Positions 10,395 to 24,661 of a stretch of 64,000 bases of DNA are shown piece by piece. The DNA lies in NCBI GenBank assembly GCA_047601445.1, contig JASGJH010000001.1, positions 3,264,001-3,328,000 on the forward strand. Direction: 5' to 3'. The translations under genes and the position numbers were made by a program. Position 1 is the first letter of the stretch, and every line of letters begins with the position of its first letter. This DNA is from Myxococcales bacterium (GTDB taxonomy: Bacteria > Myxococcota_A > Polyangia > Polyangiales > DASUME01). The notes beneath the pieces were generated by a model. It was not told the origin of the DNA, did no database searches, and was given only the letters and a program-made list of their open reading frames with translations.

Positions 10395-10520
10395 CACGTA
10401 TCGACCTCCGTAAGGAATGGCTGAGTCGTAGCCTCTGGGCCGGACACGTGCATCTCGAGAACGTTGCTCGTGAAATTGTGCAACGCGCGTGGCCTCGGCA
10501 TCGATGGTATGCACCTCTGC

Positions 10521-12596
<2,076 letters not shown>

Positions 12597-12686
12597 CGCG
12601 AGCCTGGTCTTCCGCTTGAACAAGCCGGCTAATTGGGCTCGCGCCGCCCGAGGGCGCGCTTCGACTTTCGAAAGGTTGTTCCTCGT

Positions 12687-13676
12687 ATGACCCAGGGCCT
12701 CGACGTAGCCGGCATCGGCAACGCCATTGTCGACGTGATTTCCCACGCGGACGACGCGCAGCTCGCGCGGCTCGGCCTGCCGAAAGGGGCCATGACCCTG
12801 ATCGATGCTGCCCGCGCCAACGAGCTCTACGCGCAGCTTGGACCCGGCGTCGAAGCCAGCGGCGGGTCGGTCGCCAACAGCATGGCAGGCATTGCCTCGC
12901 TGGGCGGCCGGGCTGGCTACATCGGCAAGGTGCGCGCGGATCAGCTCGGCGAGGTCTTCGCCCATGACATCCGCGCGGCCGGCGTGGAGTTCCCGAGCAC
13001 GCCCGCCCGCAACGGCGCCGACACCGCGCGCTGCCTGATCCTGGTGACCCCGGACGGTCAGCGCACCATGAACACGTACCTGGGTGCTTGCGTGGAGCTC
13101 GGGCCCGAGGACATCGACGAGAGCTTGATCGCGCGAGCCCAGGTGACCTACCTCGAGGGCTACCTGTGGGATCCGCCGCGCGCCAAGGAGGCCATGCTCA
13201 AGGCCTCCAACCTGGCTCACAAGCACGACCGCAAGGTGGCGCTGTCCCTCTCCGACCCGTTCTGCGTCGGCCGCCACCGCGCCGAGTTCCAGCGCCTGCT
13301 GGACGATCACGTAGACATCCTGTTCGCCAACGAGAGCGAAGCCCAGTCGCTGGCCGAGACGGAGAACTTCGAAGACGCGGTGCGGGCCATCCAGGGGCGC
13401 GCGGACCTCTGCGTGATCACGCGCGGCGCCTCGGGGGCCCTGGTGCTCACCAGGGACGCACGCTTCACCGTGCCCGCCGAGAAGGTGAGCAAGGTCGTGG
13501 ACACCACCGGCGCCGGAGACCTCTTCGCAGCCGGCTTCTTGTTCGGCGTGACGCACGGGCGCTCGCCGCAGGACGCCCTGCGCATCGGGGCCATCTGCGC
13601 GGCCGAGGTGATCAGCCACTATGGCGCGCGCCCCGAGTGCAAGCTCGCCGACTTGGTGCGCGAAAAGGGCCTGTAG
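12687..13676 (+). CDS. PfkB-family carbohydrate/adenosine kinase
   Basis: GIGNAIVD, SGGSVAN, RTMNTYLGA, YLEGYLWD, DTTGAGDLFAAGF. Confidence 0.9.
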   Translation: MTQGLDVAGIGNAIVDVISHADDAQLARLGLPKGAMTLIDAARANELYAQLGPGVEASGGSVANSMAGIASLGGRAGYIGKVRADQLGEVFAHDIRAAGVEFPSTPARNGADTARCLILVTPDGQRTMNTYLGACVELGPEDIDESLIARAQVTYLEGYLWDPPRAKEAMLKASNLAHKHDRKVALSLSDPFCVGRHRAEFQRLLDDHVDILFANESEAQSLAETENFEDAVRAIQGRADLCVITRGASGALVLTRDARFTVPAEKVSKVVDTTGAGDLFAAGFLFGVTHGRSPQDALRIGAICAAEVISHYGARPECKLADLVREKGL

Positions 13677-13762
13677 GTCCCCGGCCCGCGTTCGCGGTCA
13701 CCGCTCCGTCGGACATCCGGGCGCACTCCCCGAACGCTGCGCGGTCACCCCGCGGGGTTGCC

Positions 13763-14200
13763 TCATTTCATCGCTGCGGCTTCACCCGCTAGCTTGGCGC
13801 CTGGCTCGATGCAGATGAGTCGCACGCGCCCGGTGGCCACCAGCTCGCCTTCGAGATTCACGATGTTGGCCTCCCAGAGCTGCGTGCGGCGTCCCCGCAC
13901 CAGCGCCCGCGCGGTGGCCCGCAGGGTGCCCGCGCGCTGCGCCTTGAGGAAGCTGGTGTGATTGTCCACGCCCACGACCATCATGCCGCCCGAGGCCAGG
14001 TGCCCGCCCACCGAGCAAACCGTCTCCACCATCGCGCAGTAAACCCCGCCGTGCACGATGCCCATCGGCTGATGGTGTTGCGGCGAAATCGGGAGCTCGG
14101 CGACGACTTCGTTCGCATCCGCGCTCAGGAACTTCAGATTGAGGGCCTGATTGAACCCGCCGGGGGCAGGCAACTGGGGGTCGCTCTCGGAATTGGCCAT
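13763..14200 (-). CDS. PaaI-family thioesterase
   Basis: HHQPMGIVHGG..C.MVET hot-dog motif. Confidence 0.9.
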   Translation of the reverse strand: MANSESDPQLPAPGGFNQALNLKFLSADANEVVAELPISPQHHQPMGIVHGGVYCAMVETVCSVGGHLASGGMMVVGVDNHTSFLKAQRAGTLRATARALVRGRRTQLWEANIVNLEGELVATGRVRLICIEPGAKLAGEAAAMK

Positions 14201-14301
14201 GGAAATCACTCCTTACACGCGATTCTCGCATGTGATCTGCCCCACAGTCGACTGGGGCACGCGTGAGCGCACACAACTTTTTTCGGGCCGCTTGAGGCGC
14301 T

Positions 14302-14700
14302 TCATTCGCTCACAAATGGGAGCATCAAGTCGGGGCAAGGCCACTGTTCAATGGGGGGCAAGCGCTTGACGTCGATCCACCTTGGCTCGCTTTCGCTCAG
14401 GCCGAGTGAGCGATGGAAATCCTCCATCGAACGTTGGAGCGCGGGCGACAGCGCGCCTAGCGTCGCGAGTTTGTCGCGCGCCTTCAACCACGTGCGCACC
14501 GAGGCCCGCGCTCTGCCTTGCGCGAGCTGGTGATGGGAAGCGGCTAGCTGCGCCAACGCGTGAAAGTACGTGCGCTCGCTCGAGCTCGCCTCGCGCCATG
14601 CGGCTTCGAAGCATTCGTGAGCGTGCATGAACGCGCCCTCTCGAAGCATGGCTAAGCCGCGCATGATCACGCTTATCGTCTCGTCGTCGAATCCCACCAT
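14302..14700 (-). CDS. DUF309 domain protein
   Basis: F..AHECFEAAW...ALAQLAASHH pattern. Confidence 0.75.
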   Translation of the reverse strand: MVGFDDETISVIMRGLAMLREGAFMHAHECFEAAWREASSSERTYFHALAQLAASHHQLAQGRARASVRTWLKARDKLATLGALSPALQRSMEDFHRSLGLSESEPRWIDVKRLPPIEQWPCPDLMLPFVSE

Positions 14701-14755
14701 CGGCGTCTCTTTTTGCGAGCAGGCCCACCAGATTTTTCGGCGCTAAGCCGAACTC

Positions 14756-15409
14756 ATGAGTGAATCGTCATCAGCGCACGGTGAGGTACCACCTTTGAAA
14801 AAAGGGGACCATTATCACCATCCCGATCTGCGCGAAGCGATGATTCGTGTCGCGCAAGAACTGCTCGAGTCGGAAGGCCCTAGTGGCTGGACGGTGAGAG
14901 CAGCAGCTCGCATCGCAGGGGTATCGTCAGGGGCGCCTTACCGGCACTTCGCTGACAAGGATACGCTGCTTGCGGCGGTTGCAGCGCGCGGCTTCGATGA
15001 GTTGCTCGCGGAGGTTCAATCCAAGCTCGAGAAGGTCGACGGTACCCCCGGCGCCCGGCTCGAAGCGGCGGCCGAGGCCTACCTCACATTCGCTCTTTCC
15101 AGACCAGGGCGATATCAAGTGATGTTTGGCCGCGAGATCGCAAACCGTAAACTGCATCCAGGCCTATGCGAGGCGGCTGACCGCGCACTCGAAGCCATGG
15201 CCAACGAGGTGCAACGAGCGCAGAACGCAGGCTTCCTGCGCAGCGACCGCTCGGCGCAATTGATTGCCGCCGGGGCCTGGTCCGTGTTGCACGGGCTGTC
15301 TGACCTCTTGCTGAGCGGAAGGCTCGGCGAGGAAGGACAGGGCGATCCCATGGCACTCACCCGGACGATAGGCCGGATGGTGTTCCAGGGCGTCGCCGCT
15401 CGCTCCTAG
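14756..15409 (+). CDS. TetR/AcrR-family transcriptional regulator (WHG C-terminal domain)
   Basis: YHHPDLR, AGVSSGAPYRHFADK HTH, WSVLHG. Confidence 0.92.
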   Translation: MSESSSAHGEVPPLKKGDHYHHPDLREAMIRVAQELLESEGPSGWTVRAAARIAGVSSGAPYRHFADKDTLLAAVAARGFDELLAEVQSKLEKVDGTPGARLEAAAEAYLTFALSRPGRYQVMFGREIANRKLHPGLCEAADRALEAMANEVQRAQNAGFLRSDRSAQLIAAGAWSVLHGLSDLLLSGRLGEEGQGDPMALTRTIGRMVFQGVAARS

Positions 15410-15423
15410 TCCCCGCATCCCCG

Positions 15424-15451
15424 CGCGGGAAGGGGCTTGCCCCTTCCCGCG
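15424..15451. terminator. Strong GC hairpin after the TetR gene, possible terminator or processing stem
   Basis: CGCGGGAAGGGG-CTTG-CCCCTTCCCGCG, 12-bp perfect stem, no U-tract. Confidence 0.4.
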
Positions 15452-15624
15452 GCGGCGGTGCTCTAAGCTCCACGATGCCGCCTGTCACGCGTGGTTCTGA
15501 TCCGAACGCTTCGTGCCTGCGCGCGCGTGTGCGAAATGAACCTCGCAGAGGCGTGGTTCCCGGCGCGGCGTTGCCGCGGGCGAACGGGTCGCGTGCCCTG
15601 CCCGTGAAAAGCTATAACGCGCCC

Positions 15625-16110
15625 ATGCGCCCTGCCCTGCACTTGCTCTCGCTCTCATACTGTCTGCTCACGCTCGTCGCTTGCGCCAAGCCGCAGGCGT
15701 GTCCGGCGCAGGCCGTGCACACCAATACGCCGCCACCCTTTGTCGCCAAGATTCCGGCGGAGGTACGTCCCGCCGAGTCCGCTCCCAAGAAGGTTTCCCC
15801 CAGCGGCAAGACCACCATCACGCTACTCGCCGAGGGCCACAACGCCTTCGTGGGCAAGCTCGAGCTCGCGCCCAACGCCGCCGTGCCCGAGCACCAGGAC
15901 CCCACGGAAGAGTACATCCACGTGCTGTCCGGTCATGCGCAGATGGTCATGGATGGAACCAGCTACGAGGTCGCGCCCGGCACCACCATCTACATGCCTG
16001 CCCACGCCACCGTGAGCGTTCAGAACGGGCCCGAGCCACTCGTTGGTTTGCAGGTGTTCGCGGGTCCCGCGCCCGCCCGCAAGTACGACGGCTGGAACAA
16101 GGTCGAGTAG
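15625..16110 (+). CDS. Cupin-domain lipoprotein
   Basis: Lipobox LVAC; VPEHQDPTEEYIHVLSG, PGTTIYMPA cupin motifs. Confidence 0.8.
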   Translation: MRPALHLLSLSYCLLTLVACAKPQACPAQAVHTNTPPPFVAKIPAEVRPAESAPKKVSPSGKTTITLLAEGHNAFVGKLELAPNAAVPEHQDPTEEYIHVLSGHAQMVMDGTSYEVAPGTTIYMPAHATVSVQNGPEPLVGLQVFAGPAPARKYDGWNKVE

Positions 16111-16118
16111 TCGCAGCT

Positions 16119-18821
<2,703 letters not shown>

Positions 18822-18906
18822 ATTGGGTGCAAAAGCGCGTCCCGCGAGCGTCGAATTGCGTAAGCCACCGACACGCGTCAGAAACGTCGGAGCGAGAGGT
18901 GTTGTG

Positions 18907-20016
18907 ATGAAGCGCGTGGGTATCGTGGGTTGGCGAGGCATGGTCGGTTCCGTGCTGATGGATCGCATGCGAGAAGAGAACGATTTCGCGGTGATCGACC
19001 CGGTGTTCTTCTCGACTTCCCAGGCGGGCGGCAAGGGCCCGGACGTGGGCAAGGACACGCCTCCCCTGGCCGACGCCTTCGATATCGACGCCCTCAAGTC
19101 CCTCGATGTGATCATCTCTTGCCAGGGCGGTGATTACACCAGCGAGGTCCACCCCAAGCTCCGTAAGGCGGGCTTCAAGGGCTACTGGATCGACGCCGCC
19201 TCCACCCTGCGTATGCATGAACAGGCCGTGATCGTGCTGGATCCGGTCAACCGCGACGTCATCGACGCGGGCATCAAGGCGGGTCTCAAGGACTACATCG
19301 GTGGCAACTGCACGGTGAGCCTGATGCTGATGGGCCTGGTCGGCTTGTTCCGCCAGGGCTGGGTCGAATGGGTGAGCTCCATGACCTACCAGGCTGCCTC
19401 GGGCGCCGGCGCCAAGCAGATGCGCGAGCTCCTGCTGCAGATGCGATCGCTGGCCGCCGCGGGCGGTGCCGCCCTCGACAACCCGGCCGCCGAGATCCTG
19501 CAGATCGAGCGCGACGTCACGGCCGCCATGCGCGGCGCGAACCTCGAGACGTCTCAGCTGGGCGCGCCCCTCGCGGGCAGCCTGCTCGCCTGGATCGACA
19601 AGCCCGTGGACGGCGGTGGCACGCGCGAGGAGTGGAAGGGCTTCGTGGAGGCCAACAAGATCCTCGGCACCAAGAAGCCGATCCCGATCGATGGTCTGTG
19701 CGTGCGCGTCGGCGCCCTGCGCTGCCACTCGCAGGCGCTCACCATCAAGCTCAACAAGGACGTGCCCGTCGACGAGATCGAGGCCGCCATCCGCGAGTCC
19801 AACGACTGGGCGCGCGTGGTCGAGAACAGCAAGGAAGCCACCTTCCGCGAGCTCACGCCCACCGCCGTGACCGGCAAGCTGCACGTGCCCGTCGGCCGTA
19901 TCCACAAGCTGCGCATGGGCCCCGACTACGTCGGAGCCTTCACGGTCGGCGATCAGCTCCTGTGGGGCGCCGCCGAGCCCCTGCGCCGCACGCTGCGCAT
20001 CATCCTCGAGAGCTGA
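18907..20016 (+). CDS. asd: Aspartate-semialdehyde dehydrogenase
   Basis: [48 protein letters not shown]. Confidence 0.97.
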   Translation: MKRVGIVGWRGMVGSVLMDRMREENDFAVIDPVFFSTSQAGGKGPDVGKDTPPLADAFDIDALKSLDVIISCQGGDYTSEVHPKLRKAGFKGYWIDAASTLRMHEQAVIVLDPVNRDVIDAGIKAGLKDYIGGNCTVSLMLMGLVGLFRQGWVEWVSSMTYQAASGAGAKQMRELLLQMRSLAAAGGAALDNPAAEILQIERDVTAAMRGANLETSQLGAPLAGSLLAWIDKPVDGGGTREEWKGFVEANKILGTKKPIPIDGLCVRVGALRCHSQALTIKLNKDVPVDEIEAAIRESNDWARVVENSKEATFRELTPTAVTGKLHVPVGRIHKLRMGPDYVGAFTVGDQLLWGAAEPLRRTLRIILES

Positions 20017-20031
20017 GGGCGGTTTCTAGAA

Positions 20032-20128
20032 CGGGGAGGTCACGCGACCTCCCCGCCCGTCGCGGCAAAAGCCGCGAGGAGGCCCACCCCACCGCGAGGT
20101 TCGCTTCGCTCACGGCGACGGGGCCCTG
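20032..20128. repeat. Palindromic intergenic element with several hairpins
   Basis: CGGGGAGGTC-acgc-GACCTCCCCG; TCGCGGC-aaaa-GCCGCGA; GGCCC...GGGCC arms around TTCGCTTCGCTCAC, between convergent genes. Confidence 0.55.
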
Positions 20129-20131
20129 CGG

Positions 20132-21004
20132 TCAGTAGCTCTCGCAGACGTAGGCGAGCGTGGTGTCGCTCTTGTCGCAGAAAGCGTCGTTCCAGTTGCC
20201 GCTGGCCAGGATCTCGCCGCAGTCCTCGTAGGTGCAGAAGAGCGGGACGCCAGGAATCGGGATCGCACACGAGTCGTCGTTGTTGGGCTCGTTGCTGTTC
20301 CACGGCGCGAAGGTCGCAGCCGCACCATCGTCTCCACCACCGGGCACGATCCAGTGGAAGGGATCCGTGCCCTTGTTCATGAGGCCGATCCACTGCGGGT
20401 TAGCACCCTTGACGAAGTCGTTCTCCGACTGGTCCGCGATCACCACGAGGTCGAGCCCGAAGTTCTTGCACGCCGCGCGCGCGTCGGTCCATTTGCGCTT
20501 GGTGGAGCAGAACAGGTAGTCGTGTCCATCGCGCTGCTTGTAGGTGCAGTTGTTGTCGGGCGAGCCGCAGGTTCCGCCCGTGCACGCGGCGTTGCCAGGG
20601 CACTTGTGGTTGCACACGCCGCAGTGAGCGGAAGACGTCGCGACGTCCACGCAGCTGGCACCGCACTGCATCTGCGAGCCCGTGCAGCCCGCCATGGGCC
20701 CCGCATCCGACTCGGGCTGCGCGGCATCGGGTTCGTGGGTTTGGCCCGCGTCGTGAGGAGTCCCGCTGTCGCGCGGATTCTTCGGCGCATCACCGTCACC
20801 GTCGCCCTCGTCGCCGGGCGCTTCCTCTTCGGGCTCCTCCTCGGAGACGAACCCCCCATCCTTGGTGATCGGTGACGGCGGCGGCACGCTGTACTGCGGC
20901 CGATTTTCCAGATTTGGCTGCGCGCACGCGCCCGCGAGTGCGAGCAACGCAACCACGCCCGACGCGCCCAGCCGCGCGCGAGCCAGACCCGAACTGACAG
21001 GCAT
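20132..21004 (-). CDS. Lipoprotein with Cys-rich repeat and C-terminal C-type lectin domain
   Basis: Lipobox LAGAC; acidic linker; CGASCVD...HCGVCNHKC; WTDARAAC, WIGL, EPNN, EDC, WND..C; alternative start 21049. Confidence 0.85.
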   Translation of the reverse strand: MPVSSGLARARLGASGVVALLALAGACAQPNLENRPQYSVPPPSPITKDGGFVSEEEPEEEAPGDEGDGDGDAPKNPRDSGTPHDAGQTHEPDAAQPESDAGPMAGCTGSQMQCGASCVDVATSSAHCGVCNHKCPGNAACTGGTCGSPDNNCTYKQRDGHDYLFCSTKRKWTDARAACKNFGLDLVVIADQSENDFVKGANPQWIGLMNKGTDPFHWIVPGGGDDGAAATFAPWNSNEPNNDDSCAIPIPGVPLFCTYEDCGEILASGNWNDAFCDKSDTTLAYVCESY

Positions 21005-21130
21005 TACCCTCAGCAAGAGCAGACCTCCCCAAGAACCAGCCGCCTGCATTTATCCTAGGAGCCAGTGGTTTCCGAAGGGAAAAGACTCAATTCGTTACCC
21101 TTGGAAATCTACACGCCCCTATTTTGCAGA

Positions 21131-22195
<1,065 letters not shown>

Positions 22196-22199
<4 letters not shown>

Positions 22200-22765
22200 T
22201 TTTTCCAGGGGCGAAAGATGCCGAAGTACTCGCGGGGCCCGACCGTTCCAACGGCAGGTCCCGCGTCCTGCGCGCCCGCGTCCGCGTCCGAGTCGATGGC
22301 GCAAGGCTGCGTGCTGTCTCCCGTGCGGCCGATCACGCGCACCTCGACTTTCTTCTCGTCGAGCAAGGAGACCACCACGAAGACGTCGCGATCTGCCAAG
22401 GGCCCGCTGTCGGGTCGCGCCAGCATGATGTAGTTGCGCAAGCGCTGCGGACCCGGGAAGTCGAATTGGCTGAGGTAGTCGTCCGCGAGCTTGCGCACGG
22501 GCTCGAGCCGAGTGTGATTGAACGTGCCGTCGTTGGTCGTCAGCCAGTTCGGCGCACCGCCCGCGTCGATCTCCACGTCGCCCGTGGCATAGGCGGGGTC
22601 GAAGCTCACGGTGGCCTCGGTGGTGGCCGCGAAACAGCTGCGCACGAAGTTGCCCTTCACGATCGCGAGCTTGAACTCGCCGCGAAATGCGGAGAGGTCA
22701 TCGCAACCCGTGGCGAGAGCGAGGGCCAGGTACAGCGGTCCGAAACGGCGCACGGGGCCCACCAT
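22196..22765 (-). CDS. Hypothetical lipoprotein
   Basis: Lipobox LATGC; stop overlaps tsaD start (ATGA). Confidence 0.7.
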
Positions 22766-22856
22766 AGCACCGGCCGGTCGCGGGGCGGCTCAGGGGGCGT
22801 CTGGAGCCTGGGAGGGTCGCATGGGGGCCCGTACGCGACCGAGGGGACCGCCCGAC

Positions 22857-23171
22857 CTAGGCCGTCAGCTTGAGGCCCACCAGGGCGCCCAGCAGCAAGA
22901 GGAGGCACAGGAGCCGTGGCGGGGTCAGAGCTTCTTGGAACAGCACGCTCCCGGCCAGCGCCGCACCCAGGGCGCCGATACCGGTCCAGACCGCGTAGGC
23001 CGTCCCGATGGGAATGCCACGCACCGCCACCGAGAGCAGCCACAGACTCGCGGCCACGGCCAGCAACGTGATCAACGTGGGCAGCGGGCGCGAAAAACCC
23101 GCCGTGTACTTGAGCCCAACGGCCCATGCGACTTCGAGCAGACCCGCCAGCAACAGGTAGAGCCAAGACAT
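22857..23171 (-). CDS. sugE: SMR-family guanidinium exporter Gdx/SugE
   Basis: W.YL.LAGLLEVAWAVGLK, PIGTAYAVWTGIGA, 104 aa, GGAGG RBS. Confidence 0.93.
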   Translation of the reverse strand: MSWLYLLLAGLLEVAWAVGLKYTAGFSRPLPTLITLLAVAASLWLLSVAVRGIPIGTAYAVWTGIGALGAALAGSVLFQEALTPPRLLCLLLLLGALVGLKLTA

Positions 23172-23185
23172 CGGCGACCTCCGCT

Positions 23186-23226
23186 GCGTCGTCTTGTCCT
23201 GACCGGGTACGGCGCGTCTCGTCCGG
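23186..23226 (-). promoter_or_regulatory. Guanidine-III (ykkC-III) riboswitch
   Basis: Minus strand CCGGACGAGACGCGCCGTACCCGGTCAGGACAAGACGACGC, directly upstream of the sugE RBS, matches the ykkC-III aptamer layout. Confidence 0.9.
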
Positions 23227-23319
23227 GCTCGCTGCACGAGCACTCGCTATGGTTCGTTCACTCTAGACCGGTTGGGGCCGAGGGCAAACGTGAGCGGCGC
23301 TCGTGCAGGTCGAGCTCGC

Positions 23320-24459
23320 TCAGTCCGGAACGATCAGGTCCTTCTCGTGCATCCAGCCGGTGCTGCCGTCCTGGGCCTTGACCTTGAGCCATTCGCCCAT
23401 CGTGTCGAGCACCTCGACCTTGGCCTTGCGCGGCAGGGTCGTGATCTTGCGCGACCGAGCGTTGGCAGACTCGCGCAGGCTGGAGCGGTTGCTCGAGACC
23501 ACGGCGACCTTGTTCTTGGGCTTCTCCGGCGGAGGCGGAGGAGGCGGTGGCGGAGGAGGAGGCGGTGGCTCGGGCTTCGCCACCGGAGGCGGAGGAGGCG
23601 GAGGAGGAGGCGGTGGCACTTCCTTGGGCGCTGGCTTCGCCGTGAAGGCCTTCTCGCGAAGCGGCTCGAGCAAGCGCTGCAGGAGCGCGCTGACGGTGTC
23701 GTCGAGAGCGCTCTCGGTGCCGAGGTATTCGCGATAGATAAAGGGCTGCTGCTCCTCGACGTTGCACTCTTCGTCGAGCTTGGCGACCCAGCTCTCCTTG
23801 AGCGTGTCGAGCGTGGTCTCACGGCCCGAACCGACCCAAAGCACGTCGCCGTTCTGCACGTCGATCAGCTTGGCCTCGAGGCGCACCTCGTAATAGGGCA
23901 AGCGGTAGAGACACTCTTCCGTGTCCTTGTGCCAGTACAGCCCCTCGTCGTCCTTGAGGCGCTTGCTGGGCTCGACCTCGGTCATGTCCTCCAGGTGATA
24001 GAACTTCTCGCCTGCGACCACCTTGATGGACTGCAGCTGCAACACGGCATCTGCCTGCGTCTGCTTGCCCATCACCATCGCGCGCTCGGCCGCCGAGCGC
24101 GCGCCAGCGCCTGGGGCCGAACCCGCGCGCGCCACGATCTCGGGCGACACCACCTCGAAGCCCTTGGCCAACATCGCCTTCTCGACCTGCGCGATGTAGT
24201 AACGCAGGTCCTTCTGCCCGACGATCGGGGCCTCGATGCCTTCGCCGACGCTTACCTTCTCTTCAGGCGGTAGCAGCAGGATGCGCTTGTACTGCTTCTG
24301 TGTGAGCTGCGGCGCAGGCACGAGCTCGAGCTGGCTCGGCTTGGTTTGACGGACGGTCAGGGTGGCGAGGGACGAGCAAGCTGGCAGCACCAGGGCCGCG
24401 CTGAGCAGGCCCGCACACTGGAGCCTCGTTCCGAACGCACTCAATCGAAGTCGCCTCAT
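23320..24459 (-). CDS. Lipoprotein with poly-Pro linker and C-terminal bacterial SH3 domain
   Basis: Lipobox LPAC; two long Pro runs; SLRESAN...WLKVK..DG.TGWMH. Confidence 0.85.
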   Translation of the reverse strand: MRRLRLSAFGTRLQCAGLLSAALVLPACSSLATLTVRQTKPSQLELVPAPQLTQKQYKRILLLPPEEKVSVGEGIEAPIVGQKDLRYYIAQVEKAMLAKGFEVVSPEIVARAGSAPGAGARSAAERAMVMGKQTQADAVLQLQSIKVVAGEKFYHLEDMTEVEPSKRLKDDEGLYWHKDTEECLYRLPYYEVRLEAKLIDVQNGDVLWVGSGRETTLDTLKESWVAKLDEECNVEEQQPFIYREYLGTESALDDTVSALLQRLLEPLREKAFTAKPAPKEVPPPPPPPPPPPVAKPEPPPPPPPPPPPPPPEKPKNKVAVVSSNRSSLRESANARSRKITTLPRKAKVEVLDTMGEWLKVKAQDGSTGWMHEKDLIVPD

Positions 24460-24661
24460 TCATTTCCCTCCGCGGCAACGAGGCTAACACTCGAATATCT
24501 CAGCTGGCTACGGTCTGTTGCCCGCACGGGACGGAGCTATCTCCACAGACCTGGCCACCACCTTCCAGGTTGTGGCAGGCCCGCATACGTGCGCGGCTAG
24601 AGCGTGCTCCTGGCGCGCTGGAGGCCGGAGCCCGCGCACTGGAGGGCGGACCCCATGCGCC

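Noticed and set aside
23529..23616. GGA/GGC/GGT triplet repeats
   Set aside because: They encode the poly-proline linker of the SH3 lipoprotein; not a CRISPR or VNTR
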